DNA of 49,138 nt from Pseudomonadota bacterium (GTDB lineage Bacteria; Planctomycetota; UBA8108; UBA1146): contig JAFMMO010000001.1 of the NCBI GenBank assembly GCA_017859655.1, positions 1 to 49,138 on the forward strand, given 5' to 3'. Below the pieces are notes generated by a model. It searched no databases. It saw only the letters and a list, made by a program, of their open reading frames with translations, and was not told the DNA's origin. The position numbers and the translations under genes are program-made. Below are positions 9,141 through 18,611 of the stretch, piece by piece. How positions within the stretch are numbered: position 1 is the first letter of the stretch; each line of letters starts with the position of its first letter.

Positions 9141-11656
9141 CCGACCTCCGCGGAGAAGCCGCGTCCCAGGCGGCGGATCGCCTTGCGGGCCTTCCGCTCG
9201 GTGCGCTCATCGAGCGGCTGCTCGATCTCTCCCGCGTGCTCCGGAGTGGCCATCGGGACCCCGTCGAGTCGCGGGACGTAGTCCGCGATGCCGAGGAGCC
9301 GGTGGATGAGGAAGCGGGTCGCCTCCTTGGGGTACGGATACTCGAGGATCGAGGGCTCCATGTAGGTCTCGACCCGGGAGCTCCCCGGCAGGACGCAGGC
9401 GGGGCACCCGGCCGGGCACTCGCACGCCTCCACCGCCTCCTTCACATCGGCGATGAGCTCCTCGTGCTTCTCGAACGCCACCTCGGAGTAGCCGATCCCC
9501 CCGGGGTACAGGTCGTAGAGGTAGATCCGCTCCCCGTCGATGAAGGTGTCGAGGTCGTTCGGATCGCACATCGCCCGGATGGAGGTCAGCTGCTGGAGGA
9601 GTCGCGCCACGCCGTGCATCCCCGAGCGGAGGAAGTCCGGACCGTGCTTCTCCGCCGCTCGGATGGTCTCGCCGGAGAGGATCACCGTGTGCGCGACGGT
9701 GTCGAGCCGGAGGGGAGGCAGGTCGATCTCCCCGTAGCCGATGTTCTCGGAGGTGTGGAAGCGGACCTTCTTGTAGCCCGTGATCCGCGTGATCACCTCG
9801 ACCTCCGCCAGCTCGGTGGCCGCGCCGGGGCGAGACTGCTCCTGCCAGAGCTCCTCGACCATCACGCGCTTCTGGCAGAGGGCCTGGGTGTAGTACCCGG
9901 TCTCGGTGCGGCGGATCTTCACGAGCTGGTTCTTCCAATCCATCTCCTCCACGAGAAAGGTGTCGGTCCGATGGATGTAGACCGCCCCCTCGTAGAGGCT
10001 CAGCATCGCGGCGACGTAGTCGAGCTCCCCGACGATCTGCTCCGCCCCGAGCTCGTAGATGGTGAAGTTCTCATCCGTGGCGGTCCGGAGCTTGACCTCG
10101 CTCGCCGGATAACCGGACTCCACGAAGTGCCACCGCCCCCCGGACTCGGCAAGGCGTCCCTCCTCCCCGATGAGGGTGAGCAGCGGCATCAGGTCCTCTC
10201 CGAAGAGGTCCTCATCCTCACGCCCGATCGGCAGCTCGTAGGCCGCGCAGACCAGATGGCGGACGAGGATGTACGGGTTCGACCACTCGATCGTCGCGTG
10301 CTCCGGGTTGCTGCCGAAGAGCGCCTCGGGGTGCCGGACGAAGTACTGATCGATCGGCTCCTGTCCGGCGATCAGGACCGCCAGGGAGGTCCGGCGCCGA
10401 CGGCCCGCGCGACCGATCTGCTGGAGGAAGCTCGACACGCTCCCGGGCCAGCCGACGACGAGGCAGGCATCCAGCTCCCCGATGTCGATTCCCATCTCGA
10501 GGGCGTTCGTCGAGACGACACCGCCGAGCTCACCGGAGAAGAGGCGCGCCTCGATCTTCCGTCGCTCGCTCGGGAGGTACCCGCTGCGGTAGGCCTCGAT
10601 CCGCCCCGCGACCTCGCGACCGACCTCGCCCTTCGCCCGCTCCCGGATGTAGCGGAGGATCAGCTCGACGGTGTTGCGGGTGCGACCGAAGCAGATCGTC
10701 TTCACATCGCGGCGGACCAACTCGGGGAGGAGCCGCACCGCCACGGAGGCGGGCCCCTTGCGATAGCGCGTGCCGTCGTCCCTCGTCTTCAGCGGGGGAT
10801 TCCAGAGGACGACCTCCTTGTCTCCCCGCGGCGCGCCGTCCTCGTCGACGACATGCACCGGGAGGCCGATGAGGCGCTCCGCGTGCTCGCCCGGGTTGGC
10901 GATCGTCGCGGAGGCGCCGATGAAGATGGGGTCCGCGCCATGGTGACGCGCGATCCGCCGGAGGCGGCGGAGCACGTTCCCGACATGGGAGCCGAAGATC
11001 CCCCGGAGGGTGTGCAGCTCGTCGACGATCACATAGCGGAGGTTCGCAAAGAGTCCGGCCCACCCCCCGTGGTGCGGCAGGATGGAGGCGTGGAGCATGT
11101 CCGGGTTCGTCAGGATGATGCGACCGTTCCGTCGAAGGCGTCTTCGCATGACCGGCTCGGTGTCGCCGTCGTAGACCCCGGCCTCGAGCTGCAGACCGAG
11201 GGACTCGATCCAGCCGGCGATCGAGCGATTCTGGTCCTGAGAGAGCGCCTTCGTCGGGAAGAGGTAGAGCGCGTAGGCGTTCTCCTCGCGGAGGACCGCA
11301 TCGAGGACGGGCAGGTGAAAGCAGAGGCTCTTCCCGCTCGCGGTGGCGGTGGAGACGACGACGCTCTCCCCCCGGGCTCGCCGCTCGCCGTCCGCCCCCG
11401 CGCCGAGGATCCGTGAGATCGCCTCACCCTGGTGGTGGTAGAGGGGCCACATCCCCCGCGCCTCCAGCTCCTCGACCAGCCGGGGGTGCAGCGGCGGAGC
11501 CTGTGCGGCGGGCCGCGCTTCGCAGCCGGAGAGATGGTGCACCGCTCGCACCTCCTCGGGGCGGGAGTGCCGCCGACGGATCCCCTCCAGAGCCTCCTCC
11601 ACCGGGACCGGCGAGAGCCCCTCTCCCGATCCGACCCCGCGCAACCGCTCGATCAT
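9137..11656 (-). CDS. DEAD/DEAH-box helicase with DUF1998 Zn domain (YprA/MrfA/SftH/Hrq family)
   Basis: TATASGKS, LFPTKALSQDQ, TNPDMLH, DELH, SAT, STNALEMGIDIG, QIGRAGR, C-terminal CECPAGCPAC; ATG at 11656 with GGAGG RBS. Confidence 0.93.
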   Translation of the reverse strand: MIERLRGVGSGEGLSPVPVEEALEGIRRRHSRPEEVRAVHHLSGCEARPAAQAPPLHPRLVEELEARGMWPLYHHQGEAISRILGAGADGERRARGESVVVSTATASGKSLCFHLPVLDAVLREENAYALYLFPTKALSQDQNRSIAGWIESLGLQLEAGVYDGDTEPVMRRRLRRNGRIILTNPDMLHASILPHHGGWAGLFANLRYVIVDELHTLRGIFGSHVGNVLRRLRRIARHHGADPIFIGASATIANPGEHAERLIGLPVHVVDEDGAPRGDKEVVLWNPPLKTRDDGTRYRKGPASVAVRLLPELVRRDVKTICFGRTRNTVELILRYIRERAKGEVGREVAGRIEAYRSGYLPSERRKIEARLFSGELGGVVSTNALEMGIDIGELDACLVVGWPGSVSSFLQQIGRAGRRRRTSLAVLIAGQEPIDQYFVRHPEALFGSNPEHATIEWSNPYILVRHLVCAAYELPIGREDEDLFGEDLMPLLTLIGEEGRLAESGGRWHFVESGYPASEVKLRTATDENFTIYELGAEQIVGELDYVAAMLSLYEGAVYIHRTDTFLVEEMDWKNQLVKIRRTETGYYTQALCQKRVMVEELWQEQSRPGAATELAEVEVITRITGYKKVRFHTSENIGYGEIDLPPLRLDTVAHTVILSGETIRAAEKHGPDFLRSGMHGVARLLQQLTSIRAMCDPNDLDTFIDGERIYLYDLYPGGIGYSEVAFEKHEELIADVKEAVEACECPAGCPACVLPGSSRVETYMEPSILEYPYPKEATRFLIHRLLGIADYVPRLDGVPMATPEHAGEIEQPLDERTERKARKAIRRLGRGFSAEVG

Positions 11657-11922
11657 CGCTGGTCCTCCCTCCCCGACCCCGTTCACCCGGAGGGGACGCC
11701 CGTGCCGGCGATCCCGCTCTGCGGCCCGTCCGCCCGTGAGCCCACCGCGGTGCCCCCCCGAGCGGAGCGGACCCTAACACAACCCGAACACCGGAACGAG
11801 GCCGAACCGGCCGTTCCCGGGGAGTCGGCCCCAGAGAGGTCAAGACGAACGGTTCAAGTCCGGATCGCGCTCCGTTATCCTCCGACGCCGCGTACGCCAG
11901 TTCCCCGGGGGAGGAGGAGCTC

Positions 11923-13245
11923 TTGCTCCGCGCCAGCCAATCGCCGCTTCGTCCGCTTCTGCCAGCGGGCGCCCGCTCCGTCGCGTCCGGAGCCCTTCGG
12001 CGACAGGTCCGGAGCGGCCCGCCCCGGCGGCGGACCCGCTCGTCACGCCTCCCCGCGCTCCTGCTCCCGCTCCTCCTCATCGGCTGCGGTGGAACCCCGG
12101 AGAAGCCGGACCCCTCGACGCCGAGCCGGGACACCGCTTCGTCCCTCACGCGCGCCAGCCTCGCGCTCGCGAGCGGTCGGACGGAGGAGGCGCGGCTCGC
12201 CTTCGCGCCCCTCACCTCCCCGGCGCAGCCCACCAGCGTCCGGGGCGAGGCCTTCCTCGGTCTGGGGCGGATCGCCCTGCGCACCGGCGAGCCCGAGCTC
12301 GCCGCCCGTCACCTCGACGACGCCCGCGCCCTGCTGCGGCGGAATCCCCTCGGTCCGACGGCGGAGCTCCTGTACGGGGATGCGCAGATGCGGCTCGGAC
12401 GCTTCCAATCCGGCACCACCGCGCTCCTCAACGCCTTCCCCTACCTCGTGGATGATCGGGACCGGCTCCGGGCGGCTTACCTCATCGATCAGACCCGTCG
12501 CTGTCTCGACCTCGAGCCCGTGGAGCCCTACGCCTCCCTCGCCCGGGGGAAGGAGTTCCCCGAGTACACCGACATCTTCGCTCCCTACCGCGTCGATCCC
12601 GCCACGATCGAGATCGCCCGCCCTCCGTCACGACCCCGCGTCGAGGCTCCCCCTCCGGCCGCGGCGCCACCGACGCTCTCCCTCATCGGGCGACGCGACT
12701 GGCGCGCCTCTCCCACGAGGAAGAACGTCGTCCCGAACCGCCGCCTGACCCGCATCACGATCCACCACACGGCGGATCAGGGGAGCATGGTCTCCCTCGG
12801 GAGCGACGACACGGAGGGGTACCTCCGCCGGCTCCAGAGCTACTTCCAGAAGACGAAGAAGTACGCGGACCTCCCGTACCACTTCCTCATTGCCAAGGAT
12901 GGCCGAGTCTTCGAAGGACGCCCGATCCAGTTCCAGGGAGCCCACGCCGGCGGTCGCAGCAATCAGGAGAACATCGGGATCGCGCTCATCGGGAACTTCG
13001 AGCGACGCGCCCCGAGCGAGCGACAGTTCGCGGCTCTCCAGCTCCTCGTCGACCAGCTCTCCCGCAAGCACGGGATCGCGAAGTCGAGGATCTACCCCCA
13101 CTGCGATCTCAAGGAGACCGACTGTCCCGGGGCGATCCTCGAGGGTCGCGTGCGGTCGCTCCTCGCGCTTCCCCCCGCGGAGGAAGGCCTCCCGGTGTGC
13201 GACCATCTCCACCCCTCGGCTCCGGGGGCGGTTCAGGTCGACTAG
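11923..13245 (+). CDS. Lipoprotein with TPR-like region and C-terminal N-acetylmuramoyl-L-alanine amidase (Amidase_2/PGRP-like)
   Basis: Lipobox LLLIGC; helical TPR-like region; ITIHHTA, YHFLIAKDGRVFEGR, GAHAGG, NIGIALIGNF, PHCD, TDCPG; start codon uncertain (TTG after GAGGAGG). Confidence 0.85.
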   Translation: MLRASQSPLRPLLPAGARSVASGALRRQVRSGPPRRRTRSSRLPALLLPLLLIGCGGTPEKPDPSTPSRDTASSLTRASLALASGRTEEARLAFAPLTSPAQPTSVRGEAFLGLGRIALRTGEPELAARHLDDARALLRRNPLGPTAELLYGDAQMRLGRFQSGTTALLNAFPYLVDDRDRLRAAYLIDQTRRCLDLEPVEPYASLARGKEFPEYTDIFAPYRVDPATIEIARPPSRPRVEAPPPAAAPPTLSLIGRRDWRASPTRKNVVPNRRLTRITIHHTADQGSMVSLGSDDTEGYLRRLQSYFQKTKKYADLPYHFLIAKDGRVFEGRPIQFQGAHAGGRSNQENIGIALIGNFERRAPSERQFAALQLLVDQLSRKHGIAKSRIYPHCDLKETDCPGAILEGRVRSLLALPPAEEGLPVCDHLHPSAPGAVQVD

Positions 13246-13699
13246 GCCTTCGGACTGCCGTCTGTGCGTATCGGACCGGAGCTTCAGACCGGAGCGTCCG
13301 CTCTCCAGGCACCGGACGCTGGACGACCGGTCGTCCCCACTCGATCGCCCACCCCCGTTCCAGAGCCCGCCAACGCGCACCGGCCCGGAGCTGGAGAGCC
13401 CCGGCGCCTCCGATCGACTCCGGTCCGCTGATTGCTTGGGGAGTGAGGCCACCGGAGCGTGCGGGTCTCCCGCCCACCTCCACTCCCGCCGAGATCTCAC
13501 CTCGGGGACTCCTCCCCACTCCGTGCCCCGACCCGGCGCTTCGGTGTCTTGACGCGGCTCCCCATGTTCCCACTCGCGGCGCCGGAGACCCCCTTGGCGC
13601 TCCCTCACCGGTTCCTTGCTGAAGAGTCGACCGAAAGCGATTAGGCTCTTCGATGAGGTCGACGCCGGACCTCGCGGACTTCACCGGTGAGGAGGAAGG

Positions 13700-14026
13700 A
13701 TGATGGAGCTCTTCATTGCTCTCGCTCTTTCACTCGCGCTCGCGGGGAGGGCGGAGCTGGGCCTCTTCTCCTTCGGACGGAAGAAGGCCGAGGAGAAGGC
13801 TGCCGGGGAGCAGCGCCAGGAACGCCTGCGGGCGGAGCTCGAGTCGGAGCTCTCCTCACTTCAGGTCGAGCTCGACGCCCTCGCGGAGAAGCTCAACATC
13901 GAGCTGGAGAACGACCTGGGAGACCGGACGACGACGCTCTCCCGCTACCCCCGCCGGATCGTCGAGCTCAAGATCCGGATCGATGAGCTCGAGCGAGCCC
14001 TTCGGAAGCTCCAGAGCACCCCCTGA
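13700..14026 (+). CDS. Small membrane-anchored or secreted coiled-coil protein of unknown function
   Basis: GAGGAGG RBS; hydrophobic N-terminus; heptad-rich E/L/R/K helix; typical codon usage. Confidence 0.7.
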   Translation: MMELFIALALSLALAGRAELGLFSFGRKKAEEKAAGEQRQERLRAELESELSSLQVELDALAEKLNIELENDLGDRTTTLSRYPRRIVELKIRIDELERALRKLQSTP

Positions 14027-14408
14027 GGCCTCAAGCCCGGCTCCGGCCCCTCTCGGGCGGACACGCCGGGTCGGGGAGTAGGGGGTGGAGGCTCACCCGG
14101 AGGCGGGTAAAATACAAATGGGCAGAACTCCAGCCCCTGCGTCCCCTCCCGCCGAGTTCGTCGGCCCTCGGGCCGTCCGCTCCCGCCGGGGAGCGCCGCT
14201 CGCGAGAGGGAATCGCTGTGGACCGCCGTGGGCTCCCGGCCGGAGCTCATTACTGACGGACGCCAACATCTCCATCTCATCGCGCTTCCGCGCCGACCCG
14301 GCGAGGAGGCACGGACCTCTCTCCGGTCCGGGTGAGCAGGAGCACGCGGGTCTCTCCCCCGCGTGAGAGACCCGGTTCGCTCCTCGCGTGCCGGGGGAAG
14401 AGCCCGGC

Positions 14409-17400
14409 ATGAGCCCACTCGGGTTCCCGAATCACGCCAACGGCACTGGCTCCCCATCGCCCCGGGAGCGCGCCGGGGCCCTGCGGTCCCCGCGCCCTGC
14501 GCGATCGATCCACCTCCAGCTGCAGCCTTGCGCGGTCGTCCTGCCCCCCGCGGTGCTCCCCGTCCTGACGGTGCTCCTCCTGACGGTGCTCCTCCTGACG
14601 GTGCTCCTCCTGACGGTGCTCGCCGCCCCCATCGCTCGCGCCGCCGAGCCGACCGCGCCCTCCGGCGTCGAGGGGGTGATCCTCGATCGCGGGCGATCCC
14701 TCACCCTGGTCCTCGATCCCACCGTCGTCTTCGTCCGCGTCCTTCCCGCCGCCGACGGGCGCGGGAGCTCGGATCCTCTCCTCGAGCTGCAGCGCCTGAC
14801 CGACGATCCCCTCTTCGAGGCCCCGACTCCCGAGGACATCCTCGAGTACCCCGGGCTCCTGCGCCTGCGCTTCCACGAGGAGACCACGGTCCCGGCGCGC
14901 CTCCTCGCCTTCGAGCGCCTCGCCGGGCTGCCCCGAACGGAGTGGGCCAGCGGCAACTTCCAGGACCCCGCCCGACCGTGGGAGCGGGCCTGGATGATCC
15001 CCACCCCGCAGATCGTCGTCTCCCTCGATGAGAGCGCGGCGAACCGTCGACTCGCCGAGCTTCTGGCCCTCACCGATCTGCCGGGCGGCGCCCGCCTCAC
15101 CCTCGACCGCGCGCTCCATGGGCCGCGACCGACCTTCGTCCTGCACACCGGCGCCGCCGCGCTCGATTCGTTTCGGGTCGCAGAGGTGGTGGCGGGACTC
15201 CCGGGGGTCGTCGCGGCGCAACCCGAGTTCATCCGTCGCCTCGAGTCCCACGGCACCCCCAGCGACACCCTCTTCCTGACCCAGTGGAACCTCCAGAACA
15301 CCGGCCAGCACGGAGGGACACCCGGGGCCGACATCCGGGCCGTTCCTGCGTGGGACATCGAGACCGGCTCCAGCGCGATCACCGTTGCGGTCATCGACGA
15401 AGGGGTCGATCACAGCCACCCCGACCTGGCCCCCCAGATGGTCGCGGGGTACGACGCGGTGACGGTCCCGACCGGCGGGCCGGGCTCCTCGCTGCCGGGG
15501 CAGGCGGACCCGGAGGATGCCCACGGGACCGCATGCGCCGGGATCATCGGCTCGAACGGGAACAACGGCATCGGCACCGCCGGAGTCTGCTGGAGCGTCT
15601 CCATCCTCCCGATCCGGATCGGGTTCGGGGAGTTCTGGACTCAGGACTCGTGGATCGCGGACGGCATCTCCGCCGCCGTCTCCCTCGGCGCGGATGTTCT
15701 CTCCAACTCCTGGGGGGGCGGGAGCCCCACCCCCATCGTCGATGCCGCGATCACCGCGGCGGTGACGAGCGGCCGTGGGGGCCTCGGCTGCCCGAGCGTC
15801 TTCTCCAGCGGCAACGCGGACATCGGGGAGATCGCCTATCCCGCCTCCCACGACCTGACCATCGCGGTCGGCGCGACCAGCCCCTGCGACGAGCGAAAGA
15901 GCCCGACCTCCTGCGATGGGCAGTGGTGGTGGGGGTCCCAGTTCGGTCCGGAGCTCGACCTCGTCGCTCCCGGTCCCTTCGTCACCACGACCGACAACTC
16001 CGGAGGGGCCGGCTACGCCGCCGGCAACTTCGTCGAGTTCTCCGGGACCTCCGCCGCCTGCCCCCATGTGGCGGGGGCCGCGGCGCTCGCCCTCTCGCTG
16101 AACCCGAGCCTCTCGGCCGCCGAGCTCCGCGACCTGCTCCAGTCGAGCGCGCGGGACGAGGTCGGCCCGCCCGCCGAGGACATCCCCGGCTGGGATCCCT
16201 ACATGGGCCACGGGCGCCTCGACCTGCTCCAGTTGCTCCTCTCCATGGGAGGAGGAACCCTCCCTCCCGGCGACTTCAGCTGCACGGCCGAGGGAGAGGA
16301 CGCCCTCCTCGAGTGGACGAACCCGGAGGTCTACGACCAGCTCCTCATCACCCGAAACCAGGTCCTCATCGCCAGCCTCCCCGGAGACGCGACCTCCTAC
16401 CTCGACCTCGCACCCGGGCTCGGGCTCCAACGCTACAAGGTGGCAGGGGTCACGGCAGCCGGCACGAGCCCCCGCACCGCGTGCGCCTCGATCGTCCTGG
16501 GGACCCCGACCGACCTCGTGTGGAGCCCGGCGCAGGGCTCGGTGCCGGGAGGGGCTCCGATCGCGGAGGCGCTCGTCTCCCTCGGGCGCGTCCCGGTGCT
16601 CGTCTCCGACCTCGCGGACGCCGGCGCCCTCGAAGCCTACGAGACGATCTGGGTGAACCTCGGGGTCTTCAACACCTCGGGGCCGAGCGGCAAGCATGTC
16701 CTGACCGCTTCGGAGGGGCAGGCCCTCGACGGGTACCTCGCGGCGGGGACCCCGGAGTCCCCGAGGTTCCTCTACCTCGAGGGCGCGGACACCTGGTTCT
16801 TCGACCCCCCCACGACCCTCCACTCCCGCTTCGGCATCGTCTCCAACTGCGATGGCTTCCCGACCCCGCAGCTCTCGATGATCTCCGGACTGCCGGGACC
16901 GCCCTGTTCCTTCGACACGCTGCAGTACGGCTATGTGGGAGAGGACGCGTTCATCGACCATCTGGAGGTGGCCCCGGGGAGCGGAGCGCAGCGGATCCTC
17001 GAGAATGATCCGCCCATCTTCGGCGTCGCGATCTCTCGCCAGTCGACGGGTCACGCGACGATCGGAGCGAGCTGGGAGCTGGCGGGCGTCGAGCCGGGCG
17101 GGAGTGATGTGCGCGACTTCGTCGCTGCGGCGCTGACCTGCTGGGGTGTCTCCTTCGATCTGGACCCGCACCCCACTCCGGTGTCGATCAACTCCTGCGT
17201 GGCGGTCAGCTCGACGAGTCAGCTGAGCTGGAACAACGGCGATCTGTACGACGAGATCCACGTGCTGCGGGACGGGGACCTGATCGCGGTCCTGCCGGGA
17301 GACGCCGGTGTCGCGATCGATCCGGTCGCCCACTCCGGCGTCAATGTCTACGAGGTGATCGGGATCTTCAGCGGGCTCCCGGCGGCCCCCGCCGTGTGCA

Positions 17401-18599
17401 GCGTCGACCACTCCGTGCCGAGCAACACGATCGAGGTCCCGCAGCTGCTCGTCGAGATCGGCGCGGCGATCGACCTCCCGGTCCTCGCTCACCACTCCCT
17501 CCCTCTGGAGGGATTCACGATCTCGGTCGTCTATGATCCGGGGGTCCTCGACCTCACGCAGGCGACCATGGCGGGAACCGAGCTCGAGGCGGCGGGCGCG
17601 GGGTACTTCGCTCCGCAGATCGATCCGGTGAACGGCGTCATCACCATCGCCGCCGTCATCGATCCCGTCCCCCCGGTGACCGGATCGATTCCTCCCGGAG
17701 ATGATCACGTGATCGTCCGACTCCTCGGTCAGCTCGCCCCTTCGGCGACCGTCGGCGCCAGCACGTCCGTCGAGATTCCGCAGAGCGTGGGCAGCCCGGC
17801 GGTGACCTCGATCTTCCTGCAAGGAGGAATGGTCGGCCACGAGCCCCAGAGGGTTTCCGGCTCGGTCACCGTCGTCGAGAATCTGGACCTCAGGCTCGAG
17901 GTCGCGGGGGACACCTCACAGCCGGGGGGAGGCGCCTCGACCCCGGTCCTGCTGACCACCGACCGCCCCCTCGTCGCCTACAGCTTCGGCCTCCCGTGGT
18001 CCGCCGATCAGCTCGCGCCGACCGGCGCCACCCTCGTGGGGACCGTCGGGGAGTCCGCCGCCTTCGCCCTGGTGACCATCGACCCCGTGGCGGAGGCGAT
18101 CACCGCTTCGGTGATCATCGACACGAGCGAGCCCTACGACCTGGTGATCCCCCCCGGAGCGGACTACCTGGCCCTGCAGGTCGAGTGGCTCGTCGACGCG
18201 CTGCTCCCGGCTCCCGCGGAGATCGTCATCCCGGTCGCGTCCGGTCTCGGCTCGCCACCGGTCGCGGTCGCGTTCACCGGCGCGAACAACCAGAATGTCG
18301 TCCCCCTGACCCTCGCCGGGACGATCCTCGTGCTGCCGAATCAGCGCTTCTTCCTGCGGGGAGATGCGAACGACGACGGAACGATCACCCTCGCCGACCC
18401 GATCGCACTGCTCTCCCATCTCTTTCAGGGCGTGCTCATCCCCTGCGAGGATGCAGGAGACGCGAACGATGATGGGATGGTCGACATCTCGGACGCGGTC
18501 TTCGTTCTGCAGCACCTCTTCACCGGAGGTCCCCCCCCCGAGCTCCCGTGGCCCGTCGCGGGGAGCGACCCGACGGCCGACACGCTCGGCTGCAGCTGA
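14409..18599 (+). CDS. Large secreted S8 (subtilisin-like) serine protease with FN3-like domains, two cohesin-like domains and a dockerin-like C-terminus
   Basis: Catalytic VAVIDEGVD, HGTACAG, GTSAACPHVAG; oxyanion SSGN; cohesin-like beta-sandwiches (about 17424-18336); FLRGDANDDG...CEDAGDANDDG; start uncertain (14388 or 14409). Confidence 0.9.
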   Translation: MSPLGFPNHANGTGSPSPRERAGALRSPRPARSIHLQLQPCAVVLPPAVLPVLTVLLLTVLLLTVLLLTVLAAPIARAAEPTAPSGVEGVILDRGRSLTLVLDPTVVFVRVLPAADGRGSSDPLLELQRLTDDPLFEAPTPEDILEYPGLLRLRFHEETTVPARLLAFERLAGLPRTEWASGNFQDPARPWERAWMIPTPQIVVSLDESAANRRLAELLALTDLPGGARLTLDRALHGPRPTFVLHTGAAALDSFRVAEVVAGLPGVVAAQPEFIRRLESHGTPSDTLFLTQWNLQNTGQHGGTPGADIRAVPAWDIETGSSAITVAVIDEGVDHSHPDLAPQMVAGYDAVTVPTGGPGSSLPGQADPEDAHGTACAGIIGSNGNNGIGTAGVCWSVSILPIRIGFGEFWTQDSWIADGISAAVSLGADVLSNSWGGGSPTPIVDAAITAAVTSGRGGLGCPSVFSSGNADIGEIAYPASHDLTIAVGATSPCDERKSPTSCDGQWWWGSQFGPELDLVAPGPFVTTTDNSGGAGYAAGNFVEFSGTSAACPHVAGAAALALSLNPSLSAAELRDLLQSSARDEVGPPAEDIPGWDPYMGHGRLDLLQLLLSMGGGTLPPGDFSCTAEGEDALLEWTNPEVYDQLLITRNQVLIASLPGDATSYLDLAPGLGLQRYKVAGVTAAGTSPRTACASIVLGTPTDLVWSPAQGSVPGGAPIAEALVSLGRVPVLVSDLADAGALEAYETIWVNLGVFNTSGPSGKHVLTASEGQALDGYLAAGTPESPRFLYLEGADTWFFDPPTTLHSRFGIVSNCDGFPTPQLSMISGLPGPPCSFDTLQYGYVGEDAFIDHLEVAPGSGAQRILENDPPIFGVAISRQSTGHATIGASWELAGVEPGGSDVRDFVAAALTCWGVSFDLDPHPTPVSINSCVAVSSTSQLSWNNGDLYDEIHVLRDGDLIAVLPGDAGVAIDPVAHSGVNVYEVIGIFSGLPAAPAVCSVDHSVPSNTIEVPQLLVEIGAAIDLPVLAHHSLPLEGFTISVVYDPGVLDLTQATMAGTELEAAGAGYFAPQIDPVNGVITIAAVIDPVPPVTGSIPPGDDHVIVRLLGQLAPSATVGASTSVEIPQSVGSPAVTSIFLQGGMVGHEPQRVSGSVTVVENLDLRLEVAGDTSQPGGGASTPVLLTTDRPLVAYSFGLPWSADQLAPTGATLVGTVGESAAFALVTIDPVAEAITASVIIDTSEPYDLVIPPGADYLALQVEWLVDALLPAPAEIVIPVASGLGSPPVAVAFTGANNQNVVPLTLAGTILVLPNQRFFLRGDANDDGTITLADPIALLSHLFQGVLIPCEDAGDANDDGMVDISDAVFVLQHLFTGGPPPELPWPVAGSDPTADTLGCS
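14565..14621 (+). repeat. 15-nt in-frame tandem repeat in the signal peptide (LTVLL x3.8)
   Basis: ctgacggtgctcctc x3 followed by ctgacggtgctc. Confidence 0.9.
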
Positions 18600-18611
18600 G
18601 AGCGCGCCCCC

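Noticed and set aside
9137..11656. DUF1998 helicase as part of a DISARM or Druantia defence island
   Set aside because: No methyltransferase, PLD nuclease or other defence gene is adjacent; its partner is a YprB-like exonuclease.
13619..13650. CTGAAGA...GAAA resembling a hammerhead ribozyme core
   Set aside because: Stem II would be a single base pair and stem I cannot form convincingly; the alternative gaagagtc/ggctcttc hairpin is stronger.
14277..17840. Very long antisense or alternate-frame ORFs (also 29377-32907, 35770-39276, 35516-38356, 3934-6123, 9236-11416)
   Set aside because: These are shadow ORFs expected at this GC content: Arg/Gly/Pro-rich, motif-free, and overlapping genes with clear family motifs.
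18588..18611. Other Cys-proximal TGA stops (GCS* at 18597, ACP* at 21853) as further Sec sites
   Set aside because: They fall at natural domain ends, with no Cys-aligned paralog continuation and no SECIS-like hairpin seen.
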